From the NCBI RefSeq assembly GCF_004010195.1, contig NC_057737.1, forward strand, positions 29,994,875 to 30,058,874: a DNA stretch of 64,000 bases, in the 5' to 3' direction. The notes under the pieces were generated by a model that worked only from the letters and a program-made list of their open reading frames with translations, was not told the origin of the DNA and made no database searches. Source of the stretch: Chiloscyllium plagiosum (lineage: Eukaryota). Positions 34,901 through 47,570 of the stretch are shown here, in pieces. Each line of letters begins with the position of its first letter. The first letter of the stretch is position 1. The translations under genes and the position numbers were made by a program.

Positions 34901-36198
34901 CAATTTTGGATTTATGAAGGGGAAATCATGCTTGACTAATCGTCTGGAATTTTTTGAGGATGTAACTCTGAAGATGGACGAGGGAGATCCAGTAGATGTA
35001 GTGTGCCTGGACTTTCAGAAAGCTTTTGATAAAGTTCCACATAGGAGGTTAGTGAGCAAAATTAGGGCACGTGGTACTGGGGGCAAAGTACTAACTTGGA
35101 TTGAAAGTTGGTTGGCTGACAGGAAACAAAGAGTAGTGATAAACGGCTCCATTTTGGAATAGCAGGCAGTGACCAGTGGGGTACCGCAGGGATTAGTGCT
35201 GGGACCGCAGCTTTTTACAATACATATTAAATGATATAGAAGATGGTATTAGTAATAACATTAGCAAATTTGCTGATGATACTAAGCTGGGTGGCAGGGT
35301 GAAATGTGAGGAGGATGTTAGGAGATTACAGGGTGACCTGGATAGGTTAGGTGAGTGGTCAGATGCATGAGATGCAGTTTAATGTGGATAAATGTATGGT
35401 TATCCACTTTGGTGGCAAGGACAGGAAGGTAGATTACTACCTAAATGGAATCAGTTTAGGTAAAGGGGCAGTACAAAGAGATCTGGGTGTTCTTGTACAC
35501 CAGTCAATGAAGGTAAGCATGCAGGTACAGCAGGTAGTGAAGAAGGCTAATAGCATGCTTGTCTTCATAACAAGAAGGATTGAGTATAGAAGCAAAGAGG
35601 TCCTTCTGCAGCTGAACAGGGCCCTAGTAAGACCATACCTGGAGTACTGTATGCAGTTCTGGTCTCCAAATGTGAGGAAAGACATCCTGGCTATTGAGGG
35701 AGTGCAGTGTAGGTTCACGAGGTCAATTCCTGGAATGGCAGGATTACCTTACACTGAAAGACTGGAGCAACTGGGCTTGTATATACTTGAGTTTCGAAGA
35801 CTGAGAGGGGATCTGATTGAGACGTATAAGATTATTAAAGGATTGGACACTGTGGAGGCAGGAAACATGTTTCCGCTGATGGGTGAGTGCCGAACCAGAG
35901 GACCCAGCTTAAAAATACAGGATAGACCATTTAGGACAGAGATGAGGAGAAACTTCTTCACCCAGAGAGTGGTGGCTGTGTGGAATGCTCTGCCCCAGAG
36001 GGCAGTGGAGGTCCTGTCTCTGGATTCATTTAAGAAAGAGTTGGATAGAGCTCTCAGGGATAGTGGAATCAAGGGTTATGGAGATAAGGCAGGAACAGGA
36101 TACTGATTAAGGATGATCAGCCATGATCATATTGAAAGGTGGTGCAGGCTCGAAGGGCAGAATGGCCTACTCCTGCACCTATTGTCTATTGTCTATTG
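34901..36198 (+). mobile_element. CR1 LINE, distinct subfamily, 5'-truncated and fairly young
   Basis: [53 protein letters not shown] and RRLRGDLIETYKI, with a stop and frameshifts. Tail (ATTGTCT)n. Confidence 0.95.
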
Positions 36199-36389
36199 AT
36201 CCTTTTCAGTTCTTACCTGTGCCAAAGCCAGATCATCATCACTTAACTTGTCATTTGGCACAGGTACAGATTTCAAGGTGTGCTATTGTGCGCATCATTA
36301 GATGCGAATTATTGGTACTGTAGGGAATTCTAGGGAATCATATTCCAACCTATCATGGCCCTTTTCTCCTGTGTCAGAAGGAGAGTGGA

Positions 36390-36530
36390 TAGAATTGGAT
36401 TTATGCAGTGCTTTTCATGGTCATGGGATGTCTGAAAACATTGCCCAGCCAGTGAGGGGGTTTCCGAAGTGTAGTCATCCACATCATGTCGGAAAACAGG
36501 CAGTCTGTTCTCATGGACAAAGCAGAAACT
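36390..36530 (-). mobile_element. Deu-type SINE 3' tail remnant
   Basis: Degenerate match to 57205-57330 (TTG.ATTT..CAG..CTTT.CATG..CAGCCA.TGA..GTAGTCA). Confidence 0.4.
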
Positions 36531-38295
36531 TAAACATTCTTAGAGTGAAAGGAATAATTGATTGTTCCAAGAGCTGACTTTTTTCACATCTAGTTGTAAA
36601 AAGGATTTATTTCTCCTGTTGCTGTTGTCTGTTTTTTTTTAAATTGTATAGTTTTGCTATCCACAATATAACATTCAAATATATATGATGGCCCATGTTG
36701 TTAAAGCAACACAGGGAAAGCAGCATATTGATAGATAATAGGATTCTTCCACTTGTGCAGAAATCTTCATGCCCCTGGAGCACTGCGGCTGCACAATGTT
36801 TGTCACTCATAAAACATCAACATAATGATAGGCATTTCTCATATAAGAAAACTGCAGCTTTCAAAGACTAAGAACACTCTCATCATTTGTGAGGAAGCAA
36901 GCATGTTAATGTTTAACTACTATCTGCCTTCACACAATACAACTGATTTCCAGCTAGTTAATATCAATTAAATGAATGATTTAGTTACCATTTATACTGA
37001 ACTATTTGTAGAAATAATGAGACATGAGTTGTTGTGTTTTATTACAGCACTGTACTTCTGATACCTCTGAATAGCAAAAATTAGCTAATTCCATATGCAT
37101 CCTCCTTACAAGCATCTCCAGTTCCAAGATTTGATTTGTAACAATGCCCTTTAGAATCAGAGTTCTTTGAATCCACTTGGTTGATGAGAACGCTGCTGGA
37201 AGACTGGGTGAACACCTTCACCACTGAACTTGAGGCTGGAGTCCTGAAAAGCTGCTGCCTCTGGGCAGCGTGTTAGCCTGCAGCTAGTAACGATGCTATA
37301 ACATATCGACAGCTGCTGACCATAGCCTAGACTGAGCAGGTTTTGTCGCCTGTGGCATGTTAAAAATCAGTTTGTATCACAACGTGAAAAGCTGTCATGT
37401 TTTGAATGAAATCGTTTTTCAATAAAATCTTGAGCTTTTTTGCACTGTGCCCTCGTGAAAGCCCAGGTTGAACCAAATTACAAATGTAAACAAAAATTAA
37501 AATTCAATACATGATGAAATACTGTCAACAACCGGAATAAATGTGGATTTCATTTTCAAACACTAGCTACAGGCTGAAACTCAAGCTGCCATGAGACTGG
37601 GTCTGGCCATATTATTCCTAGGCACGCAATACAGTTCTGCAACTCCAGGCCTCCCTCAATACTACCCAAGTGCTGTGAGTCCTTTCAATGTTCCTATATA
37701 CCAACATTTCTTTACTGATACTACCCAGCCTTGTGGCTGTACTCCAGTTGGACTTGCTCAGTGCTGCCACACTCATCCTCTGCAACTAGAACTTCATGCT
37801 CCTTCACAATGCTACTGTATCTCAGACAGCATGCTTTATAATAGAAAATAGCCATCCCATTGTTATCCCAGTAACAATATAAATTCAGAATTACTCAACT
37901 TTGCCTCTGTGGTTCCCTCATCAACCATACTACGTAACCTGTCGTCTTCCTTTTTTTATATAAGGTAATGATAGTTGTATCTAATACTAAAAACCTTGTA
38001 AAGCTTTCAGAGAAAATATAATCAGAGATGTGGAATATAATTAAATGTCTCAAAAGTTCTTTAATAAAAGCCTAATTACATATTTAATTACTTTAAGTGG
38101 TTTTGATATGATATGCATTATATAGAACAATGACATGACTGTTTAAAAATGTGTATCTTCTCAGTTACCTATGAGCAACAACACTAGATATATCCAAATA
38201 TATTTTTTATTTAGCTTGCACCATTGAGCACCGATACTTCTCTGTCAACTTAATATGGATGTAAATATTCATTGTAACATGAGGAGATAGTGACA

Positions 38296-38514
38296 GAGGC
38301 AAAAATGAGGACTGCAGATGCTGGAGATCAGTCAAGAGTGTGGTGCTGGAAAAGCACAGCAGTTCAGACAGCATCCAAGGAGCAGGTGAATTGACGTTTC
38401 AGGCAAAAGCAGAATTTGCACCATTCCTGATGAAGGGCTTTTGCCTGAAACATCTATTCTCCTGCTCCTTAGATGCAACTTCACCTGCTGTGCTTTTCCA
38501 GCACCACACTCTCA
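38296..38514 (-). mobile_element. PLE terminal-repeat hairpin insertion (family A-related, older)
   Basis: Arms 38335-38410 / 38437-38513, with a hammerhead-like core CTGATGAAGGGCTTTTGCCTGAAACATC at 38427-38454. Flanks AGATAGTGACA (38285-38295) / AGATCGTGGCA (38515-38525). Confidence 0.75.
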
Positions 38515-38515
38515 A

Positions 38516-39095
38516 GATCGTGGCATTGTGTAATGTCACTGGACTGATAATCCAGAGACCTGGGCTAATGCTGTGGGGACCTGGATTCAAGTCCTGTTGT
38601 GACATCTGACGTAATTTGAATTCACACAGTAAAATCTAGAATAAAAATTTAGTCTCCATAATAGCGACCATGATACTATTATTGATATTTATAAAAATCC
38701 ATCTGATTCACAAAGCTGCCATCCTTACCTGGCTGGGCTACAGGTGACTCCAAACCCCTAACAATATGATTGACCTTGTTTCCCTTGTATCCAGAAGTGA
38801 TCTTACACACACAACTGTATTGTTTTAATCCCCATCACCAAATCGCTAGTGAGGTTTTTCATCTATTAACCACCACAAGTAAATTACCTGGGTTATCTGA
38901 TTTATTAATCTACATGCAAAGTCTGTTAAGGGCAATGCAAACCATCAAAGATGATGGAGAGGGGGAAGGGGCTAAATCAAAATGGAGATGGACTTTCCTT
39001 TGAATTGGCCTGGAAAGTTGCTCAGTTCAAAGGCAGTTAACTTAAGGCACGAAATGCTGAGTTTGTCAATGCACCCACATCCCATTAAAGAAAAA
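38516..39095 (+). mobile_element. tRNA-derived SINE (same family as 26858-27183), in two pieces (38516-38775 and about 39030-39095)
   Basis: Shared motifs CTGGACT..TAATCCAG.GACC..TGGGGACC.GG.TT.AA, CCATCCTTACCTGG and CCCACATCCCAT. Confidence 0.65.
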
Positions 39096-39269
39096 AGCAA
39101 AAATAAACATTTCTGCTTTGTCTTATTTTTGCCAAGAGATTGATTCCAACCACGATGCTAAATCTCGCATACTATTACTTCAATAACCACTCAGTATTAT
39201 GCTGTGCAAGTGGACTTCACTGGTAAATTAATTATTATATAAATGTAACTTTGCTCTGACTGTCTATAA

Positions 39270-39630
39270 AGGATTGGGAGTCCAAGTTTAATTGAGCAAA
39301 AGAACTTCAGGTTGGCACATCCAGCACTGAACTCCAGCAATGTGAAACTGCTGAAGGCATTGTCTTTCACATGAGATACGAAACTAAAGCCCTGTTTGGC
39401 TGCCCACATGCAGTATAGTGTGGGATGATGTTTAAGAACAAGAGAATTCTCCTTGGTTCCCTGGACGATATTATTGAATAGAATACCATATTGCTTTTTG
39501 TGGAGTCTTTCTTTGTGCATATTGTCTGTTGCATTCCTTAACAATTCAACAATAATTGCACCTCAGAAGTAGTCCATTAATTGTAAAGCACTTCAGAATG
39601 CCTGGAGAACCTGTATAAATGCGAATTTTT
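39270..39630 (+). mobile_element. Deu-domain SINE remnant (SacSINE1/AmnSINE1-like)
   Basis: Degenerate GTCTTTC..ATGAGA....AAAC..AGCCC.GT, ATTGCT.TTTGTGG, CATT..TTGTAAAGCACTT and TATAAATGC resemble the Deu-SINE body and L2-like tail as I recall them. Confidence 0.5.
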
Positions 39631-42600
39631 CATGTGCGAATTTGTATATAGTATGACAGAATGTTCTTGTTCTGTTATACAAAAGTCATCATTCAGCTTA
39701 TCAAGAGCTACATTATTCGAGGTCCCCAAACATGTACTTTTTAATAATGTGCAGCATTATTGTGCTAAACACAGTACAAGAAAAAGTATAAAAATGAGAC
39801 AAATCATTCCCGTCATGGCATTAAATTCCATGATGTGTAGCTAGCACTCAATGTTTTAACTAACTACCATCTGTCATGTTCTTCAATGGGTGCTCCAGCA
39901 CAGAAAACAGCTGGCACTGAACCAAGTCATGATAAACTATCTACAGACTAGTTTTGCCATTAAGCAATTTCTTTTTGCTGTAAATATTTAATAAATGAAT
40001 CCCTGTAAAGTCGTTAAACTCGAGATGAGCAAATGGCCCCTCAATGTATTGCAACCAAATCCTAACTGTTATGATTACGATTCTGTCATCCAGCTCTGCC
40101 ACAAAGTAAAAAGTTGGCTGTGCTCCATATTTCTATTTTGTTATTAAGATAGAAAGGAAAGGAAGGCTTGTGAATCTGGAATGGTCACAATTCACCTCCT
40201 GAACAACCTACTCCTGCTGCTGTGCTGGACCAGCCAAGTTTAGCCCAGCTTGGAATTTAAACTTAAGGTTGTACTTATGTTTAGTAGTGCAACTAGGATA
40301 AAAGAGAATTGGAATGAGCAGGATCTATTTAAGGGCATTTACTCCAGCCGGGCTTTTGATGTTTTCCAACCGATTCCTGCATACTCAGGATTGTCACCAT
40401 AATTACTAGCTCTACCAGTTCAAGCAATAGTACACTGGTCGTCATCGTGACTTCGATTCATTAACAACTAATATTCCTTCAACTAAACAAATATGGCTCT
40501 TGTTGCCTCTTAGGTATGCTGATCACTGTGGGGAATGGAACGATCCAAGCTATGAACCAGATGGCAATCAATTATCTTAGTTTCCATGAGGCTATCATTT
40601 TTTATATATATTGCAGATTGAGACATTTTGTTATTGCCTGTTACAAATCAGAAGTGCAATTTTAATATTTTTTAAAAAGGTAACCTAACTTGGCTTTGGA
40701 AAATTGTGTCAAGAAATATTTATATTAATGAAACAGTTAAATCAATTCTTTGTAGATGTCCAGAAGGAAATGAGTGAGTAAGCCATTAAAAGGGGGCTTG
40801 TTAAAACCAAACCTTTCGCTGATCTCCAATCCCCACAGCTGCACGTCATTCGTCTTGAAAGCTCAAAGCCTACAGAAACAGCAGCAGCAGCTCCTGAACG
40901 TAGCAACAATAATCAAAAAAGACAGCAGCTGAGGCACTAGTTAGCGGCAAATCAGAGCCTTTTAGGGAACTAATGAGCGACAAGCAAGGCTGTGAATTTG
41001 CAATTCTAGTGTGGGTGAGGAGTGGATTTGTCGCTGTCTGCATTTCTTCCCCCATTGATCCACTCACTTTGGAGACGGGTCTCGCCCCACACTGGGCAGC
41101 AGGTGTGAGTCATCTCCTTCTGCTCAAATGGTTATTAGCTGATGATGAGCGGGACAAATCTCCGGTCATCCATCCAACTGTGAGGCTTCGGAGGTCATCG
41201 GATTCAGAATTCCCAGGAGAGCAAGAGATTATATAGCTTACCTGCAAGCTGGAATTGAAAAGATCTGCAGCAGAGGGGAGTCCTGTCAAACACATCACGC
41301 TGAGGCACTTATTGTTATTTTATTGCTCTTTGTTGACAGCACAAGCAAGACTGAAAGGCTTTAATGTTTATTCAGGTTTTTTCCCCCTTGGAAGAGAACC
41401 GCAGTGTTTGTAGGAATTTTCTGATAAATACAATAATGAGAACAGTATTTTTTTTGTTTATTTTTACTCGTCAAATGACAACATTTAACATTATCTAACA
41501 TGTACTGCAAATCCTGTTTTATAAGTACCATAAATAATATATATTAGTCACTTGCAGCCACAGACTTCATCTGCTACAGTATAGCTGTAGACCCTGTAAT
41601 AAGTTAAACATGTCACATTCAGATGCCTGGAGACACTGTCTCACTGTTGGGCTGAGAGCAACATACGCAAGCATATTGGAGATTTTTCAGACTGTAATTT
41701 ATTGTTATTAGTCTTCTACCTGCCATAACATAGCATAAGGAAGCTGTTGGCTCTGTATCATGGAAGATTAACCCATTCAGTGGCCCGTGAGCTTATTCAC
41801 ATAGTGTAAATGCCATGCTGAATATCGTGAAGCAAGCTTTGGTTAATTTAACATGGCCATCGTATTTGTCATTTTTTTATGCATTGGTCTCCAGAACCTG
41901 AAACGAAAATGGTTCTTTAAAATATCATTAAATTGATAATATATCTAGTGATGCCAATATTATACCCAAAATGTACAAGGGTTTCTTTTGATCATGCAAG
42001 CAGAATGACATTATTTCCCTATCACTGGGATTGCAGAATGCAGGCCAATGCTGGGAAACTACTTCTGTAACCTCCAAATGGCAACGTAGAGTTGTTTTTA
42101 AATTTGTGTTTCCAGAGAAGTGTCTTAATGGGGCTTAGGGCAGCTGGTGGGTTGTTTGCTTAGCCTGTTTGTACAGGTCATTAATATAGCTTTCCAATCC
42201 CTGGCATGCATAGAGCCATGTTGGCCTTCAGAGGATGCCTGGCAGTCAGAAATCGTGGTGTACAGTTGACTGCACATTCTGTCATTTGAACAAATGATGC
42301 AGTCCAGTTGCAATGTAAACGTCCAGCATAAGCTTGCAGGATTACTGAACTGCTTCTCAAATTGATTTTGTAATGCAAGTACAATATGAGACTTAACTAC
42401 AGCATTTGCAAGCTTGATTTTGACACCAGTCAAAATGACCTGCCCATTGTGAGTTTTACAGCTGTGCAGGTGACAAGGAATTTCAAAGATGCTTACTCCC
42501 ACGCAAAAGGTTCTTCTTCTTGTTTCATTGTGCTGATGTAGAGATCGTGCTGAAACTCAATCCATTTTCCAAATCATCACAGTTGTTCGTAAGCACATAT

Positions 42601-44044
42601 GGCAGCTTTGGCAAGCAAGTGACACTGCCTCTTTAAGCCTTTCGCTGACCCAGTCTTACTCTATATCTTGTCTTTCTGTGGTTGTACTCGCCACTGTATG
42701 ACGCCCTGTACAAATGCGACACAGAAAAGTGAGATAACAGGAATTTTTGTAAAATCCTGAAATAATTATAATAATTAGTGGAAAATAAAGTTCTGATGCA
42801 GCTTGAGATAAATACTACCTTACTTTATACATTCTGCTGTTGCATCACTATATCTGACTAATAACACTGTTAAAATAGAGGATATGGATAGCTTTATCCT
42901 TTTGTCATAAACTGGAGTATATACAGAATCTGTATTGTTGTAAAATAATTAGTCGTTCAGCCTAAAATGTAAGGAACCTGGTAGCTCATTGCAGTTTGCA
43001 ATTTTTACTTTCTATATGCCTTACCCACTCGTTGCAAATATCAGTCCCAGGGTCATCTGGTTATAATCTCATGAAATGCCTTGCAGCAGATGTCTCCATT
43101 CAAGGCACCATACAAATGTAAGTTATGAGCACTGGCTGCTGTTAGTAATAGTCAGAGACAAATTGTCAAAACCCAGAGCGAAGATGATGTTGATGTACAG
43201 TGGAATTCAAACACCTTTTTTTCAACACATTTATAATCGAAGTGCACACAGCGGCCAAAACAATTCTTCCCTGTAACTGTTTTCAACAGCTAGCAGAACA
43301 AAACTGCAGAAAAAAAAAGTGATGACTGGTATTAACTGGAACTGCCTGTTGTGAGTAAAAATAATAGCCATCTCTATTGTCGAGACGGTTTGAACCTGAA
43401 GGTTGGCAAAAGCAGTGAGTTACATGAAAGTGGCGACAACATTTTCCACACGATTAACCCGATTTTCATTGAACTGCGAGGCTGCTGAATTCAGGCTAGT
43501 TTTGTGTCGCTGACGGGAATAGACTGAGACTAATCCTTTATGTTGCTAGCTGATTAAACACATCTCAACATCAATGCCAAAAGAAAATGCTTTCTGTGAG
43601 AAGTTGAGAGTGTAATCCTTTCAACTTCATCTCACAAAATCAAAAGCATTTAGGATGATTTTCTTGAAATGATTGCTTTTCATTGACACCAGACAAATAT
43701 AGTTATGTTTAGATATTTTTATAAAATATGGTGCTCTGGCAGTTATTGTATCAAAGTGCACATTTCTCGAGTTACAGTGATTAAATTTTTAACTGAAAGT
43801 AAGTGTTCCTCCATAGAGAGTGATGTCTGCTGTGATGCGATTCCACAAGGAGCTGACACCCTCCAGTGTATTCACTCAAAGCAACTGAACAATAATGAAA
43901 TATATCAACCATTGGAACCTCACAGCTGAAGCCGATTCTGTTCCCATCCAATGTATCTGTGCAAGCACATCAAGTCCACTAGTTCATCAAATGCAGGAGA
44001 ATACAACCCTCTGCAAATTCCCCTTTGATTCTCAAACTATTCTT

Positions 44045-44165
44045 TTCAATCACTGTCACTAGGTCAAAATCCTGAAGCTCTCTCTATGTGAGAGAGACTG
44101 GTGCACCTCAGTGTAACCCTCTCAAGAGCAATTAAAAATCGACAATATCCCATGATTGAATGCAA
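44045..44165 (+). mobile_element. LINE 3' tail remnant (second family)
   Basis: CACTGTCACTAGGTCAAAATCCTGAA..CTCTCAAGAGCAATTA..ATCCCATGA.TGAAT. Confidence 0.5.
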
Positions 44166-46759
44166 AAACAAAATACTAGGTATTAGAAATGAATTTTGTT
44201 TTCTATTTCTCAAAGGGCTAATTCTATTGTTTTTTTGGCATTTTGACTGAGAACAGATTTATCAGAATATACAAGGGAGTGGACTAACCTGATGCTTCCA
44301 GTGCTACATAATGATCTTTCACTTCCTGATTGAGCCAACAGGGAAGAGTCACTGTCAGGACCTGTCAGGTTATTTAACTTAATTTTTTGATCAAGTAGCA
44401 GACTGTAACAAAACCACAAACTGTAACTTGCTTGTATTCTCTTTAGCTATAGTGCAGTGATCCCTTATAGCAGAGCCCAGCAAAACAAAGTTTGGTGACA
44501 ATCAAAGAAGGAACAGATGGCACAATGGATAATACATTACGAAAAAGCAGCATTCGTAAAGCGATACGTTCTGTTTTAGAATTTAGATTGTAAAGTTCTG
44601 ATGAATGTAATGTATTGAAATGTACACATTCTTTGTCAACAAATGTGTCACCTTTATTTTTCCTTTTTATTTTGTGCTGAAGTATCCACTTCTCTGGATG
44701 TAGACTTCCTTTGGAGCTGCATAACCTCTGGTATCTTGTCAAAGGGACCTTCGTTCTTGTGTGAACCTTGACAATGGGCGTTGACTGTAGAGGACTTCAT
44801 CATTTAGTACAGGCCTGACCTGATCTCATCTAGTCCATCAGTGCTCTCTAAATAGCAATTAAGAGCAAGAACCCGAGCCAAGTCTCCCATTCCTACTCCA
44901 GGATTCAACAGCCAACTACAATACTTGTATTTGTTCCTCAAGCTGAGATTAACTAATGCACCAATAGAGTGAGGATTGATTTTGGAACTTTAGAGATTAT
45001 TATGATTGAAAATGTCGATTTATGACTCTTGGGGACACTCAGGAAACTAATCACTCAGAAAACTGCAAGGTTAGAATGTCAATTCAACATTTATCAAACA
45101 TTTGGGTTTTGTTCTTTCAGTTAATGGTGTAAGTGGAGTTTCATGAGTATGATGCCATTATGTAATGCATTCCTGATTAGATAGCATTTTAAATTTTTAG
45201 CTTTTACAGAGTGGAAAAGATAAAGAAAATATAATTTTGCAGTGAGATAAAATATCTGGTTACAAATGATTGCTGCATATTTCTCATATAAGAATGCACA
45301 ACAAAGAAATTCGAAATTCAGATCGACAGACATATTGACATTTCACAGTATATTCACACCAAAAATTTAGGAGTGTTGCACTACTCAATGAGATCGCACA
45401 AACTTATTAGAGCTCTGTGAACCTTGTAAAATGGTGGACCAAATCCAGAAATTCTGCCACATTTCTTGCAGGCACTATTTTGCTTGGTAGAGAAAGTGTG
45501 CATTTAGCAATTAGGAATTGGCTGGGTCACTTAAATCTGATTTTTCCTTCACAAATGGCTTCAACTAGCAATGGGCAATCAAGACTTTGTAACGGAGACA
45601 TGGATAAATGTGAATGTTTGATTTAAGGTGTGAGGGCCTTGTGTAACATTGTGCAAACTAGCAGTTGAAAAACTAAAGATGACTGAAACTGGTGCCTGAC
45701 TTCAGTCAAGTGGGCAACAGGATGGACTAGCCAGCTCAATGCCCACATGTAGAAAAAGGTGGTGGCAGCATCTTGCAGCCAGAGCCAGTGTAGCTGGACA
45801 TCGGGAGGCAGAGTGCCTAGAGAGAGCAGCAAGGAGGAGGGTGCAATATAACCCTGAGAGAAGAAGGTATTGTAACGAGACCGGAATATTGTGTCAGTGA
45901 AGACTGTGGGATACTCGGGGATAATGGTTGCAGATGTCTCTGTCATGATGGAGACACACTTGTGTCTTGCACTTTTGCAGTCAAACTCATTGCAGCCCTC
46001 ACTGTCTGTGCAGCTGGCTCTTTCAGGGCTCTTTTGTCAAACTGTGCAGCACAGACCAAGCTACACCCGCTGACCCACCCATCTCTGTCGTTGATACACT
46101 CTTTGCTCTGTGATGTCATAGATTCAGATTACAATGGATTTTTCTCCTTTACTATCTTCTCACAAGTTCGATGTATGATAGGTGGCACCCAGGCCACCTT
46201 CAGAGTACCATTACTGGAGCTGGGGAAATTCATAAATAGAAAACCATTTCATTTGTGACTGCATATGTTTACGTGAGCATGATTCCCCAAAAGATACCAT
46301 GATTTGCATTGTGACTGTGTCTCGCAGCTTTCTGGTCCTGGATTCTGGCTCTGTGCCTGTCTACTGGTACTTATCAAGGAGATGGTTGCTAACTCTTCAG
46401 TACAAACCAGAGACAGGACCATAACCTCAACATAAGACTGGTCACCTTCAGGTGGAGTCTATCGCTGAGCACTGAGCCTGTTAAAAAGGTGATTTCAATG
46501 CCTTGGCCCCTTGAGAGGACTACCCCTTTAAAATCTGTCAGGTAGTTGTGCATCCTGGTGGCCTGCTGTACAATATGCTACAGAAAAGCAACGTTGATAT
46601 CCATTGGCCGGAGATCCAGCTCTGGGTTCTACTTAACAGAGGAAGAGATAAAGGAAGATTTCTTCAGCTCAGAGAGGGATGCCCGAAGAAGGAGGCAACA
46701 GTAGAAGTAATCCTTGGAGGCATGCCCATTGTCCAGCTCATACTAGCTACACTGACCTA

Positions 46760-47570
46760 AAGGTATCAGTGAGATTGATGGATGCTTGAACACTGAGGAA
46801 ATCAAAGCAAATGGAGCTAGGGGTGGAAAAGTCCAGATGATGCAGCAGTTCAGGCTTGAACATATTGAATGCTCGGTTAAACCTGAAGGTCTGTGTGGTC
46901 CACTCCAATCTCTCTTTCTGATGGTCTTACAAATAAGGATACCAGTGGCACACAGTGTTTAGGAGAGGTAAAGATGAACAGTGTTGAAGAGGGAGAAATA
47001 AGCAATCTGGTTAATAGATGAGACGTATTTTGAAAGAGGACAGCAAGATTTCCGACAACTTGCTTCATCCTGAGCATGGAGTCAGAGAGGGCGATAGTCT
47101 CAGCCTCTAAGACCAGAAACAATGTCTTTGGTCTTTTCGACACTCATTTCAAAGAACTTTTGATTCATAGCCTCATATTGGATGCACATTCTGACAGCAA
47201 GGAAATTGTTGTGGGATCAGGAGAATTATGAGAGATGTCGAGCTGCCTGCTGTCACTGTGCAGGTGAAAACTGATCCCATGCCAACAGATGCACATGAAA
47301 AAGAGAAGATAACCAAAGATAAGCCACTTGTGGAAATGAATTCATGTGACAGGAGTGAAACAATGCGTTGGTAATCCATGCAGCTGCACAATGGAGGATA
47401 GATGATAGACAAGAATAACATGGTCAACTATTTCAAATACTGTAGTGAGGTCACAAGAGACAGTTCATCATTGATTGCAGTTACAGAAATTGTCGTTTAG
47501 AATTTTAGCCAGAGTAAGCTTTGTGTGTACACCAGGTAGAAACTGGACTCAAATTAATCTAAATGAGCAT
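46760..47570 (-). mobile_element. Old L2/CR1-type LINE remnant
   Basis: Purine-rich + strand with GAGAGGGCGATAGTCTCAG..ACAATG.CTT.GGTCTT and ATGGTCAAC..T.TCAAA (antisense of FDTVDH-like RT sequence). Confidence 0.45.

Noticed and set aside
43319-43399. Possible box C/D snoRNA (GTGATGA ... CTGA, 81 nt)
   Set aside because: No terminal stem, no clear C'/D' boxes and no recognisable rRNA guide.
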